Part shown: positions 14,501 through 28,917 of the stretch, in pieces
Position numbering within the stretch: the first letter of the stretch is position 1
Layout of the letters: the number at the start of each line of letters is the position of its first letter
Notes under the pieces: model-generated
Databases searched by the model: none
The model's input: the letters and a program-made list of their open reading frames with translations, nothing else
What the model was told of the DNA's origin: nothing
Translations under genes and position numbers: made by a program
Source: Eledone cirrhosa
Lineage: Eukaryota
DNA: 64,000 nt
Direction: 5' to 3'
NCBI GenBank assembly: GCA_964016885.1
Contig: OZ024743.1
Coordinates: 116,436,001 to 116,500,000, forward strand

Positions 14501-16445
14501 GTCTGAATGCGTTAGTATAAGGTTTTGAGCAATGGAGTTGTTGTCTTAGCCCTTCCGTACATGAGCACATCATATTAGCCTGTCCACATGGGGCATGGAT
14601 GTTGCAGGATGTGATGAACTTATGCAGAATTGGATTGATATATTTATCAGGAATCTCACAGGACACTAGCTGATCAATGGCATCTGCAGTTTTGGGCTTA
14701 TCTTCAGCCATTATCAACAGGATATGAGCATGAGGGAGGCCTCGTTTCTGCCACGCTATTGTAGCAGAATGAGCCACAAGGTTTCCTACGACATTTATTT
14801 TCAGTATGTAATCCATGAAGCTGTCATACTTGATCTTGAAGACTCTTGCACACATATCAGGACGGTCCCTAGGGTCTTCACCGGGGAGCAGACTATTTTT
14901 TTTATTTCATCCAAGTTAGAGTTAGTTCTCACTGTGATGGAATAAGATGGCTTTCACATCGAAGTATTTAAGCACTCACTAGAGAAACGAGTGGAACTAT
15001 AAATTGAAGTAGGAAGAACAATTCTCCGGCTTGCATTTACTGAATCTCCTTCAGCCACAGAATCATACAAACTCTTATACTTTTCAGCTCGTATAATGGT
15101 TTGATTGTAACGCTTCGATTTGAGGCCACAATGTTCTATTTTTGCCTACGTATCTACAGCATATTGCTTCATCAGCTGCCTGTTCTACATGATAGTGTTA
15201 CAGTCACCTGAAACCGATAATATTAGAAATCAGTGGGTGTGAGTGTGTGGTTGTTGTAAATCCTTTTCAAGCCAACCTGAAACCCACCATTCCCCCAAGG
15301 AAACAATAGCATATAATGAAGGGGATTATAAGAACGGTGCAACTGATGAATCCTATGAAGATCACAATCTCGTTTATTAATGATGACATCCAAGGGACCT
15401 AATGCTGTTTCAGGTTGAATAACAACAATCTCAGATGACATGGGAAGTTTATCTATGTGACAATGAAATTCAGTGGGTTGTACTTTGTCAACACGTATTC
15501 ACATTTTCAGAGACTGGCATTTCAATAACTGCCTTGAAGCTTCTTATATACGTGTTGCAATCATGGAAGTCATCTTGCAGGTCCTGTAGTATCTAAATTA
15601 GCGTAATGCCAAGCGATTCTAAAGCTTATAAACTGTATCATAGAAGTAAAGCTACGCAAAATTGGGTGATGGATCACTTGGAAATAGCGATCCAATAACA
15701 TGACAAAACTTACCTTTGATCTTAAATGTGGGACTAAATCTCGGTGCTCTAATCTCTTTGCAACCAATTGATACTAAGGCAATCACATTGTTATAAGCAC
15801 GCTGGTCTTATTGAGAAAAAAATTTCCTGCTTGAGTGATATCGAAATAATTCAATATATTTGGTAGAGGAGGAAGTTTAGGGAGATTCACATTTCCCTGG
15901 AAGCAACACAGATATTTGGGTTCATGTGCCCAGCGATAAGCTTTGCAGTGTGGACACACAGGTGCAAAGAGACACCCTGCCTTATGTTGTGGCATTATGG
16001 AAAGTACAATTTACTCATGGAAAGGTTCATCTGTAGGATTCTTTGCCAGACATTCAATTGACCTGTTCCTTCATTTTTGAACGTTTGGTGTATTTGTTGC
16101 AAGTTGCTGTTGGTGTGTTAACTGAACTACATGAGTAGAAATTTGTTGGGAAGTTGTAGAGCGAGTATTGTTCGATTGATTTGCGTTCGTCTCTCTTCGC
16201 CGTTGTGCGTCTGCTGCCAAGCGTTGAGAGTCAGATAAGAAATATTTTCTGCGTCCGATGCTCACATTCTGTCATGTATGTATAAATATGTTATCTCTAC
16301 GGCGAACTCTTAGAAATAATATATGTTAAAACGAAAGAAAAATAAAGCTGACACGGAGAAAAGAAATCTTTGAAATAAATGTATGTTTAAACGAGAGACA
16401 GGAAATATAAATCTTATGAAAGAACGATGGAAATATATGAACGTT
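11591..16445 (-). mobile_element. Degenerate Helitron (RepHel)
   Basis: Zn finger CPHCKA..CCFQG. HUH motif WQKRGLPHAHILL and VDNRWIV. Pif1 helicase motifs [26 protein letters not shown]. Hairpin plus CTAG 3' terminus at 11591-11630. The 5' end is approximate. Confidence 0.9.
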
Positions 16446-16501
<56 letters not shown>

Positions 16502-16504
<3 letters not shown>

Positions 16505-16786
16505 TCAACATCATCAGTTCGAGCTTGCTCGGCTTACTACGACACGTTTCCTCCATCCATCTCTGTCTCTCATAGCGTTTACCATGGACGACCAGCGTTT
16601 CTTGCTCCATGAGATGGACTCCATAACAACACATCACTTGCTATTTCTTCCTTGCTGCGTCAACAGTGGCCAGCAAATCTGAGTCTCTGTCGACGTATTG
16701 ACCTGCTGATAGGTGGTATATTGCCATATAGATCCTTATTTGTTAGGTGTTCCCCCCAAGACACGTTTAAAGCAGCACGGAGCATA
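16502..16786 (-). mobile_element. RTE-clade LINE 3' fragment
   Basis: Hand translation gives MLRAALNVSW..TNKDLYG..RLRFAGHC and DRDGWRKRV, followed by a (TGA)n-like tail. Confidence 0.75.
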
Positions 16787-16792
16787 TATATG

Positions 16793-16935
16793 TAATTGTT
16801 TCTACTTTTGGCACAAGGCCAACAATTAACCAGTGCATTACTGGTACTTTATTTTATCGACCCCGTAAGGATGAAAGGCAAAGTTAATCTCGGCGGGATT
16901 TGAACTCAGAATGACAAGGGCCGTAATTCTATGCG
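16793..16935 (-). mobile_element. SINE S1 (partial)
   Basis: S1 core and B box (gagttcaaatcc on the minus strand). Confidence 0.85.
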
Positions 16936-17474
16936 TATAATATTAGCAGTGATATAGCGATAAAAATATAGCATACCTATTAACACTTAAGAATGTGTGA
17001 ATGTATGTCTGTGAGTGTGTATTTATAAATGTCTGCTTTTTGCGTGATTGTATTTAGTCATACATATAAATGTATGATCTTCTGCTATTTCATACATCAG
17101 ACATAGAGAGAGAGAAGTAGTATGAGGTAGTCATAACAACATTGGTAGCAGCACAACCCATGGCTGTTGATTATCTGACATACGTGTCAGCGTATGAAAC
17201 AAAGATTTTAGAATATAAATATATGTCACAGAGGCTGGCTATCTATCTGTATCTCTCTATTCATACATTCACACACACAATCTCACATTCTTTCTTACTA
17301 GATCTGTCTATATATATATATATATGGTAGTTGAAGTGGTGATGGTGGGTATAATTGTAGTTGATAGTGATTTGGTTTATTGATACTAATTTTATAATAT
17401 TTATGAAGACCAACAACAGTTATAATGCACCTGAGCGCTGTACACAATCATTTTCCTTATTAGACATACCACAA

Positions 17475-17665
17475 AGGCGGTGGATTGGTAGTATCGGTAG
17501 AGGGCCGGATGCCATGCTTTCCTGCATAGTTACGTCCCTTAACGATCTGAGTTCAAATCCCGCTGAGGTTGACTTCGCCTTTCATCCTTACGGGGTCGAT
17601 AAGATAAAGTACCAGTAATGCACTGGATATTGCTGGCCTTGTGCCAAAAAGTAGAAACAATTATT
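17475..17665 (+). mobile_element. tRNA-derived SINE S1
   Basis: A-box-like tggtagtatcgg, B box gagttcaaatcc, S1 core, (ATT) tail. Confidence 0.85.
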
Positions 17666-18761
17666 ATACATACCACATATTAGCTATGCTAACGAACTTG
17701 ACTTTACGGCAAAATGTTTATACCGGAAGTTGACATTTGAAAATAAAAAAAAAGGAAATCTTGAAATAAGCAATAAAATTATTTATGTTTAATCAAGAGT
17801 TACGAAATTCAGTACATAGATTATATAATATTCATTCATTCAAAATAATCCAACTTATTTTAGTAACGGGATAAAAAAAAAACACATTGCCGCACTACTC
17901 CCTTTGTTATAGTAAAGATTTACGCATATGCACACTCACACACATACATGCACACACTCTCTCCCTCTATTTTTCTCTCTCTTGAATATGGGTGTATGCG
18001 GAAAGTCAATAATGATAAATGACACTAGAAAACAATAAAGTACATGGAAGATATATATTAGCTTAACTCTTAACATTGTAGGAAAAGAGTCTGCACGTTT
18101 CGGACGCCAGTCCTTCATCGGGAGATAGAAAGAAGTAAGGAAATAATGAATGGTGACATTTTTCACAAGAGGAAAACATTTGTTTTCTTAATCAGACATT
18201 TGGGATAACTATAAAATGATACTACACAACATTGATCCGGTTACTATTGAATTCCCATGTTGGACATGCTTTAATTGGTGTTACATCACATAGTATTTAA
18301 AACACGATTCATCAGATTCAGCTCATTTCAATATATATATTCATTTATATACGAGAAGTGTTGTGAGTCAGCAAGGGCAAAACGGTGTCAATGCTGGTGT
18401 GACAAACTTGTCTTTCTATTTTATTTCGTTGATTCGCTTTAGAAGAAAAAGAAGATTGTTTAAATGAGTAAATATTGGGGTAATTTTAGTTATGTGTTTG
18501 TGCCATCCAGAGAGGTTTAGTCAACTATTATTGTCGGTGGTCCGGAAAATGAGCTTTCCAGCGTACAAGAATGTATTACATGAAATGAGAGTACACTATG
18601 AATATTTCGCTCCTGGTGTTGGGGAACCTGTTTGAGGTTTTCGTTACTTGAATAGTTATGGTTTTCAATTTTGTAAAACCCCACATCTCCAAGGTCAGTT
18701 AAACCGTATAAGATAAAATTAATGTGCCGTTCTAAACACTTAAGAAATTCGAAACTAGTGG

Positions 18762-19688
18762 GAGAAAACTGAACTTCTCTACAGTGAATCCTATGTTTAA
18801 CCTACAAGATGTATTGTAGTAGCCTTGAGATTAATATATATATATATAAATAATTCCCACAACAGTTTAGATGGGGATGTAGGGAAGCCGAACACGCAAA
18901 GCACTTCCTAAATATAATGCTTTCAAATGCAAATATAATATATCAATCAATCTGTGACACTTGGTTAAGTGTGGGAGTATTCAAATGCCGGTGTTTCATT
19001 TCCTCTTCAGAATATTCTGCTGATTATACATCTTAATGCTTTTTATTTTGAATAACCAGCTCACAGTCATTCAGTTAATGTTGCTTACTAATATGTATGA
19101 TTTTATACACGTGGGAACGTGTGTGCATGTGTTTGTGTGTGTGGGGTCTTTGCTTGCCTCACAATCGTATATACTATGATAGCATTTTCAAGGCGCTTGA
19201 CCTTGCAGGCAGATATACACTATCAAACATCAACCTCTTAACTCAATGGACCCTTTTAGATTTAAGAGCTCAAGATAAAGATAGGTATACATAACTGGTT
19301 ATGTCAATATGTTTTGACTCTCCACACTTCGTATTGTAAACACATCGTATTATAAACACAGATAAACAATCATTATGGAATTGGCAGTATCGGTAGAGGG
19401 TTGGACGCCTATGCTTTCTAGCATAGTTACGTCCCTTTACAGTCTGATTTCAAATCCCGCCGAGGTTAACTTTGCCTTTCATCCTTACGGGGGTCGATAA
19501 AATAAAGTACCAGTAATGTACTGGGTAATTACAGGCCTTGTGCCTAAAGTAGAAACAATTATGAACAAATATGTATAGAGACATCATAAACTATGTGTTT
19601 ATAAAAAAATATGTTAATCTCAAGGCTACTACAATACCTCTTGTAGTTTAAACATAGGATTCACTGTAGCGAAGTTCAGTTTTGTCTC
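18762..19688. repeat. About 72-bp inverted repeat pair (18762-18835 / 19613-19688)
   Basis: aaaactgaactt..gtgaatcctatgttt..gtagtagccttgagattaa and its reverse complement. Confidence 0.8.
19378..19561 (+). mobile_element. SINE S1
   Basis: Full alignment to 17475-17665. Confidence 0.85.
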
Positions 19689-20343
19689 TATATATATATA
19701 TAGTTTTATATATATATATATATATTAACAATATTCTGAAAATATTTTCAATGTTGAACAAAATATTCGAATCTACAAATTGTTCTCCTCTCACAACTTG
19801 AACCTATTTTTTTATGTAAAATACAAAATCAACTTCCTTCGTAACTCATATTAGAAATATAAACAACTAATAATTGTAAATTATTTCTATTTCTATAATG
19901 CTAATACATGCACAATTATTAATCTATATAGATATATATATGCATATAACATATTGTAACGTAATAAGATTAAAATAATTACAACCATAATTCTTCATAT
20001 AATCTAATTCATTATATATACAATATTATAACTCATAATATAGGTAAATAAATTTAAATTTAAACTCTGGAAACATATTCCACCTTTTCCCCGAAATTAA
20101 CGTAAATGATTTTTCCTTTTTCTTCTTTCCTATGCATAGATACACATATCATAACTATTTAAAATCTGCATAGAGTAAAAAAAAACGTTTTTTTTCAGCC
20201 CTTTACCTCAAACTCATTTGCATACTCATCTTAATAATTTGAAATATCTGACTTTTCTTCTCTTAGCCCTTCACTATCCAAGGAAAACTTGAACCGTTAA
20301 GGTATTTTTCTTGGTTATGTCAAAATTTATAAAACACACTTCG

Positions 20344-20404
20344 TATTTTATCTGATGAAAGCGTACCAAAGTTTGGGTACCCTTGAAATATATATAATAA
20401 AATA
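20344..20404 (+). ncRNA. Type I hammerhead ribozyme, family A
   Basis: tattttat-CTGATGA-aagcgtacc..ggtaccctt-GAAA-tatatATA-ataaaata. 8-bp stem I, palindromic stem III. Confidence 0.85.
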
Positions 20405-20548
20405 AATATTGTTTTATAAATATAGTTTCCATTTATTTAATATCATTGAATATTATACTCCAGAAAACCAGTTGAGGGCTCTTGAGGGCTCTGAATCAGT
20501 TATAAACATTTATATTTGTTGAAATACCAACCAATTCAATATCCCTTT

Positions 20549-20603
<55 letters not shown>

Positions 20604-20618
20604 TATATCATTTATATC

Positions 20619-20665
<47 letters not shown>

Positions 20666-20668
<3 letters not shown>

Positions 20669-20800
20669 GAAAACGAAATTTCATTTCTCACTTTTAGTAC
20701 GGCATAAATTCAGGCTGTTCAGTTTGTTTACAAACGAACAAAGCGGGCGTTATAATAAGCGTCCGCTAAACTGATACGTACATATATGTATGTGTACCTG

Positions 20801-20892
<92 letters not shown>

Positions 20893-21452
20893 TGCTACTG
20901 TACGTCTGTATACATATATGTATGTACGTATACATACATACTTACATTTAAGTAAGTGCCGTACTAAGAGTGAAAATGAAATTTCGTTTTCATTTTATTA
21001 CACCTTATCGTTTTCGGTACGCCTGGCCGAACTCACTCGATATGCAAATTAGGCTGCTCAGCCGTTAATTTTCATAAGGAAAGTATATACTTTCGAACGT
21101 TCAACCATCTGGCAGAAGGGTATACGGTGCTGATGATAGCTAACAAGCTTGAAACTAGTACATCGTTCCTGTGTCAGTGTTGAACAAAAAGGTGACGTGG
21201 TTGCCTTAACACCGTACGGCATAAATTCAGGCTGTTCAGTTTGTTTACAAACGAACAAAGCGGGCGTTATAATAAGCGTCCGCTAAACTGATACGTACAT
21301 ATATGTATGTGTACCTGTATGTATATATATATATATATGCATGCTACTGTACGTCTGTATACATACATGTATGTACGTATACATACATACTTACATTTAA
21401 GTAAGTGCCGTACTAAGAGTGAGAAATGAAATTTCGTTTTCATTTTATTACA
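20666..21452 (+). mobile_element. ORF-less HHR element family B, about 1.5 tandem units with a short inverted 5' piece
   Basis: gtacggcataaattcagg.. occurs at 20697 and 21214. 20666-20704 is the reverse complement of 20957-20997. Flanked by (TA)n. Confidence 0.8.
21124..21166 (+). ncRNA. Minimal type I hammerhead, family B
   Basis: acggtg-CTGATGA-t agct aaca agct t-GAAAC-ta-GTA-catcgt. Stem III is the palindrome ACTAGT. Confidence 0.85.
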
Positions 21453-21455
21453 ACT

Positions 21456-21521
<66 letters not shown>

Positions 21522-22128
21522 GTATAGTTATATACGCCTTCATCTTTATTGGTCATCGACTTCGATTCATGACCATAGTGCCACAGTTATGTTTTACGTA
21601 TATTTGTACATTTGATGCCCGTTGGCCGCATTGATTGTTAATTAAAATCATTTAGGAAATATCGTTGACTTGACTATCATGTACACATAAAAAAATAGGC
21701 AATATTTACTGTCTTCTTCAGAGTGAAACACAGTAATCAGACATTTCCATTACTAAGTCTGAAATTGTGTGAACAATAAACGCCATATTAATAACTCTTA
21801 ATGCTAAGAAAAAGTTGTAAAGTTCCAACATTTATTTAAAGTTCCAACCTTATCTATAGCAGTTTTATGTAATGTATTTTTATATCTATTTGGAATTAAA
21901 AGAACTGGTCAATACCAATGGATAAACATTGAGTAAATCATAAGAGCAGACATTAAGTAATGCAAATAATAGTCAAAGTCGCACCGATTACAAATTCTCG
22001 TTTCACTCTATTGATCTCTAAATAAAATTCCATTAGAAGGTAACAGCTATGTGATTGTAGTTTACACATATATATAGAGTTAGATTCAGAAGGACACTCA
22101 AACATAAAACGATAGTAAACGCAAGCAA

Positions 22129-22179
<51 letters not shown>

Positions 22180-22182
<3 letters not shown>

Positions 22183-22375
22183 TAATAAAAAACAATGAAA
22201 TAAAAACAAAGAACAGGTTCCTTATATTGAAAAGCTCATCATTTTACGATCGTTTCTGGGATATATATGTGTGTGTTGGTGTGTATATCATGTTAAAGAT
22301 CTATGTAAAAAAATATTACAAATTATCAGAGGAGATATATATATACCTTCACCTATACATGCCATCTTCAGAAAT
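22180..22375. repeat. Dispersed repeat adjacent to (TA)n, second copy at 52763-52950
   Basis: Shared attaataaaaacaatgaa..aaaaacaaagaa..catcattttacgatcgtttct..atcagagga..tcttcagaaat. Confidence 0.75.
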
Positions 22376-24063
22376 GATGAAGTATGTTTATTGAAAGAAA
22401 CAAAGTATTAATATAAAAGGTCTCTTTGGGAACAGGTTTTGAATTGACCAATAGAAAAGAGTTAGAGGTCAAGTTGATAGAATGACAGTAGTAGAATTTG
22501 ATGCTAGGAGTGGAGGAATGAAAAGAATACCATATGGCAAGAGGAAGATAAGGGTTAAAATGAGGTCAAAACAAGGAGATAGTGAAGGTGACCCAAAAAA
22601 CGTGATGTTATTAAAATGTTGTTAAAAGCGAAGGGAAAGAAATTTGTGGGATGAGAGTGTTAGTGAGAAATACTAGTCCTATTTAAATTTCAAGGAACCT
22701 AGATACATAAAAGGAAATTAAATTAATTGATAGGTATACTTACAGAGTTAAAATTATATTAATTCTTATGAATGTGATAAGTAAAAAAGTAAAAGAATAA
22801 AAAAATAAAAAATATATATAGAAAAACAGAAATAGATAAAATTTTATAAAAAGCAGTGTTCTATTATGGATATTAAAGATATTACTTATATTTAGTAATC
22901 CTAGGTATTAAATGTGATAAATAGGGGATCCGATTAAAAGAAGTAGTGAGGTTAAAGATAACTTTAGGTAAAGTGAGCTGTAAGAGGGAAATAAAATTAT
23001 GAAATTCTCTGTAGTAAATTTCTGTTTATGAGTTAACTAAATTTTAAAAAAAATGTGTTTAATTAATCATAATGATTTGTAAATATGAATTTGCATATCA
23101 GAATGGACACAATAAGTTATATAGCGGATAAACGGATTGGTGTGGGAACACAAAGAATCCTCCGAACTGTACAATTTTATCGCTGCACTCAATGAGCAAA
23201 TAAGGCATTAGCAAAATATCATGCAAAGTAATTACTTGATTTGCAACACAAACATTCAAGAACATTTACGCAAGCCGGAACGATGGAACGCAGTTCAGTC
23301 ATAATTCGAAGCGACAGAACTCATACCTGGTACAAGCAGACCAACCGTAACCCAGCTATAGCGATGATGGCAGATTTGCACTGTGGTAGCATCACATGAA
23401 TATCTAAAGAGGAAAGCAGTCAACTCCCTTCATTAGAAGGAGGCACACCATTGGCGGTCAAATTATATATATATATATAGTTACGTAATAAACAACATAA
23501 GATAATTATTTCATTTACCTGTGGTTTCTAGAAAGCAAACAAATCTGCTATCAGTCATCAGAATGAAAAAATCCTGGTGTTTTTATTGAATGTAGATTTT
23601 GAAAACAAAAGTATAAGGAATGTGAAAGAGAGGCTGAAGGAAGAAGAGAAATAGATAATAAATATATAAGTATATAAACACACACACACACATATACATA
23701 TATGTTTATATACACATAAATATACATACACATACACATAAATACACAAACACACACACACATATACATAGATATACATACATATATATTTATATACAAT
23801 TATATAAATAAATATATAAAAATAAATAAACGACCATGTGCAGTCACATCACCATACAAAAACAAAATACAAGAAATCAATAAATAAAAGTCAAGTTTAA
23901 AAAAAATTAAGTTTAAAAAAAATTAAGTTTAAAAAAATGAAAATATAAAGAAATAAAAATAGAAAATAAAAAATTAGCAAGTTGACAGCGATACGAAAGA
24001 GAAAAAAATACAAATAAAAATAAATAAATAAGCACACGTGGTAAGCTAAAGCACAAAATAAAT

Positions 24064-24160
<97 letters not shown>

Positions 24161-24365
24161 CATATATATGTATATATGTATATATATATATATATATACG
24201 CATATATACACACACACACATACATACACATACATAGAAATATATATACACAAGTATATATACAATGCAAACATATACACAAATAAGTATATACATACAA
24301 ATACACACACATATATATATATACAATATATTAACAAATGAAAAGTATATTTATAAAACCATATT

Positions 24366-24430
24366 TATTTCGTTATACATATTTCAAGGACACCATAGCA
24401 AATTATGGGGCGCTTTCATCAGATAAAATA
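24366..24430 (-). ncRNA. Hammerhead family A
   Basis: Minus strand reads tattttat-CTGATGA-aagcgccccata..tatggtgtcctt-GAAA-tatgtATA-acgaaata. Confidence 0.82.
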
Positions 24431-24578
24431 TAACATAGATCAGTTTTATAAACAAATATTGACATGCCCTTAAAAGAATGCGACCATGTCGGTTGGAAGC
24501 GCCCGGGAGCTTCCAAACGACATGGTCGCATTCTTTTAAGGGTTTGTCAATATTTGTTTATAAAACTGATCTATATTA

Positions 24579-24643
24579 AATTTTATTTGATGAAAGCGCA
24601 CCATAATTTGCTATGGTGTCCTTGAAATATGTATAACGAAATA
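24579..24643 (+). ncRNA. Hammerhead family A with a C3>T core mutation
   Basis: TTGATGA-aagcgcaccata..tatggtgtcctt-GAAA-tatgtATA. Confidence 0.65.
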
Positions 24644-24770
24644 AATATGGTTTTATAAATATACCTTCCATTTGTTAATAGATTGTATTTTTACTCCAAA
24701 AATGTGTTGAGTGCTTTATATCAGTTATAAAGATATTTGCTTGTCGTATCCCAACAAGTTAAATATAACT

Positions 24771-24874
<104 letters not shown>

Positions 24875-25140
24875 TATACACACACACATATATACACACA
24901 TGTACATACATCGTACGCGCGCATAAACTCTCAACCACACGTATAGGTACATATATACAAATGTAGGTGTATATGCATATATCAAAACATATAAAAATAT
25001 ATAAATAAATAAATACATTCGCACACGCATATACATGAGAAAAAACCATACAACTACATACACACATATATATAAGTAAATACTTATATATAAAAAATAC
25101 ATACATACACACATACGCATATTAACATATATATACGCAC

Positions 25141-25225
<85 letters not shown>

Positions 25226-25229
<4 letters not shown>

Positions 25230-25445
25230 GTTCCTGTGTCAGTGTTGAACAAAAAGGTGACGTAGTTGCCTAAACACTGTACGGCGTAATTTGTGCTGTG
25301 TTTGTTTACAAACAAACACACCGAGCATTATAATAAATGTTCGGTAAACCGATACGTGCATATATATATGTGTGCATGTGTGTATATATAAACATACTAC
25401 TGTACGTCTGTATAGATATATGTATGTGTGTATACATATATGTAT
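25226..25445 (+). mobile_element. Family B fragment starting at the HHR cleavage site
   Basis: (TA)n is followed directly by catcgttcctgtgtcagtgttgaac, the same sequence as 21161 onward. Confidence 0.8.
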
Positions 25446-25469
25446 ACATATATGTGTGCATGTGTGTAT

Positions 25470-26416
25470 ATTAAATTAAATTATTTTAGCTTTATTATCC
25501 GGAAGTATACACATACTTCCGGATAATAAACCGCTGAAAATTCTCGCAGCAGAATCAACCTATTCTATAAATTTGGATTAAATAACACTGAGCCGCAATA
25601 AGCTAAAATAAAATAATTTAATGCATCAACCATCCAATACGGATTCATCGTTACTTATGTGATGGATGTAAAAACTATTTTACTTTTCCTGAATGTGAAA
25701 ATGGTAGTGGATACGAAAACCATAACTTTCTTTTGCTTCTCCTTTTTATTTTTATTTTTCTACACACATACTTTTTTATTATATACAAAAAATACCTTAC
25801 CACTCCAACCAGCATAATACTCTTACTTACCCGCTTAAAGTGCTTGTATTACATGCAACACCCTGCCACACAATATTCATATATAAATGAGACACACTTG
25901 CATGCCCCACGTGTAACTAACGCATACACTAACTACTACATCTGACTAACATACTTATCCTCTTGCATTATCTGTGTTAACTGCCGAATGTATTTTAATT
26001 TGTTTTAATATTATTTTAATTTTAATTTTGATTTTGAATTTGAATTGCTATACAGAAATAATATAGTATAATATATGTCACTCCACTGTACATCAATATA
26101 TATATATGTATCTGTATGTCTCTTGCGTTGGAAAGGAGGTCAATTATGTGTACACACATTGAAAAATGCACCGAATCTCCAAGCCTAGGTTTGGATGAAA
26201 CAATTTTAAGTGAATAAATGCTTTGAACATAGCTTTGATTCTTGTGAATTCTATATAACTGCTCTGTAGAACAACTGATGTTATTACATTGAGCTATTTA
26301 TCTTACTGGTAATAAGGTAGTAATAAATTACTGACCTTCACTGTTTAGGGTTTAAAATATACATAACTATAAAAGGTTTTAGTATATACATAACCATAGA
26401 TAGTATCCTTAATATA
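25470..26416 (+). mobile_element. Family E PLE-like 3' region, diverged copy of 37995-38905, with a short 5' fold-back and a decayed HHR near 26165-26215
   Basis: Colinear similarity to the 38 kb copy. Palindrome tttattatccggaagta..tacttccggataataaa at 25491-25530. Ends in (TA)n. Confidence 0.8.
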
Positions 26417-26472
<56 letters not shown>

Positions 26473-26514
26473 CGAAGGAAATGTGGTAAGGAACCAGGTG
26501 GACCATAACGCACC

Positions 26515-26815
26515 AAAGTACTATACCAACACAGACATACCTTCCGACACCCGGCCCGGCGTCACGCCACTACACTTTCGGGCCACATATGGGACCTCAA
26601 GGATAACAATATTACCTATGATCTCACTTGGAGCTTACTGTCCAGAGCCAACCCTTACACGGGAGGACGGCGTCCGTGCAATGTATGCTCGGAGGAAACT
26701 TTACAAATGCTGTTTTCGACGGACCAGCTCCTAAACAAGAAAGATGCACTGGTAACTGCATGCAAACACAGATTGCGTAGGACTTACCTCGCCCTCAAAC
26801 CCATAATGACCCTGC
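26515..26815 (+). pseudogene. Naiad-like PLE GIY-YIG endonuclease C-terminal fragment, 3' region probably extending to about 28010
   Basis: Hand translation: YQHRHTFRHP..TTLSGHIWDLK..WSLL..CNVCSEE..LLNKK..ACKH. Confidence 0.8.
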
Positions 26816-28009
26816 TTCCAAAGGTAGACGTAAGATCTTCTTTTATATCTTTTTATCGCTTCCTCTATATTTCCTTCTTCCCCCCATCCTTCCCTAGTCC
26901 TTCCACCCTAGTCCTCTCTCTTTGTCGTCGTCCTTTTCACTTTCTCGCCCACCCGAGGTAGCCCCTCGGTCCTTTGTAGCCTCAGTACTCCTACCTCCTT
27001 CCTCTATTATATGATAGAATTGGCCGACTCCGCTTTTTATAGCAGGTGTGATAGACCCCGGATACTTGCCTTCTTATCCGATGGCTGCCCCTTTTCCGTG
27101 CTTTCTACATTTCTTAGTGGTATCTTTGCTTTAATTTCTCGTATATCAGTATTTATTTTTTTTTTTTCTGAATTAATTTTCCGTATCAAATTTATGATAT
27201 ACTTCGTACGAGCATTTATGTAGTTTGTACTAGAATTTTTGTATCGTAGCGGCACCCTTAGAGATAGTATTAGTATTCTTTTTCGGGATTCTGAATTATT
27301 ATTTCGTATTAGTTTATTTTTTGCACTGGGTGGTTGTTGGCCTTGTGCCTAGGGTAGAAACCATTATTTCGTATTAGTGTCGGGACTCTGAATTATTATT
27401 TCGTGGTAGTTTCTTTAGTATTTTAGCCCCCCACTTGTTGACCCGCCACCGTAAGATATACTCGGTTGATTACTAATACCTCTTAAAAGGGTCTCATTAT
27501 AATTCCGTCCCACCTAGTAAACCTTTTTTGGTCTAGCAGTACCAGTGAGAGACCTGATAGCTGTCCTTAGGTTATAGTAAATAGAATTTTTTTTTTTTTT
27601 TTTTTTTCATATTTAATTGTTTTTTTTTAACATTCTCGGTATTTTTCTATATATTTACCCCATATTGTTTTACTTATTGTTTCGACTTACTCCCCCTCCA
27701 TCTCCCTAGTATACTTCCTTGACCTCCTTCCCTGCTGTAGTTGGCAGTATCAACGCACGACTGGGTTTCCTCCACCCCTCTCCCTCTTTCTTCTAGTGGC
27801 ATGTTCAGCTACCTCTTCCTTCCACAAATTGCCATGATAGAATAAATGTGTCTCAACAACAAACTTTTGACCAATCCTTGTGACAATCCCTTTTACCATA
27901 TATGGAATTGCCCCCTGAGAAGCTCGGCTATTCATATACCAGGATAAACATTTTCATTTAGTCCAGAATTAGCAGTCGACACGGCTTGCTTGAGCATAGC
28001 CGTCGGAGT

Positions 28010-28054
<45 letters not shown>

Positions 28055-28206
28055 GAGAAAAAAGAAGAATACTGCGTGGTTGCACATAGGTTACATATAA
28101 TAAAAATAGTCCTTCGTCAGTGATTTTCCAACCATCAGTGGTATTTCATCGCATTAAAAATCAGATACCTCAGGTTGGTGCGAGCAATAACTAAAAAAAG
28201 TTAATG

Positions 28207-28501
28207 GGACCAGTAAATCGAGTAAAGCGAGGGGGACAAGTGAACAACATAGAAGGATAAAAGCAAACCAAAGAATGTTATAGTTCTGGTATCTCAAATT
28301 AGTACCATGGAACCACAACTATCATAAACACCATGCATATTTCAGTAAGTACTTAGTGCCTGTTGAAATATCCATACCCTATTATAATTAATCTCCGATA
28401 TATAATCATACAACTACATACACACATATATATAAGTAAATACTTATATATGAAAAATAAATACATACACACATACGTATATAAACACATATATATGCAC
28501 G

Positions 28502-28532
<31 letters not shown>

Positions 28533-28876
28533 TATAGAAGGAGCTTCTACAGGACTAGTACTGTTTCAGTCAGATGAAATCTTCAGGACCAGTAAATCGA
28601 GTAAAGCGAGGGGGACAAGTGAACAACATAGAAGGATAAAAGCAAACCAAAGAATGTTATAGTTCTGGTATCTCAAATTAGTACCATGGAACCACAACTA
28701 TCATAAACACCATGCATATTTCAGTAAGTACTTAGTGCCTGTTGAAATATCCATACCCTATTATAATTATTCTCCTATATATAATCATACAACTACATAC
28801 ACACATATATATAAGTAAATACTTATATATGAAAAATACATACATACACACATACGTATATAAACACATATATATG

Positions 28877-28917
<41 letters not shown>

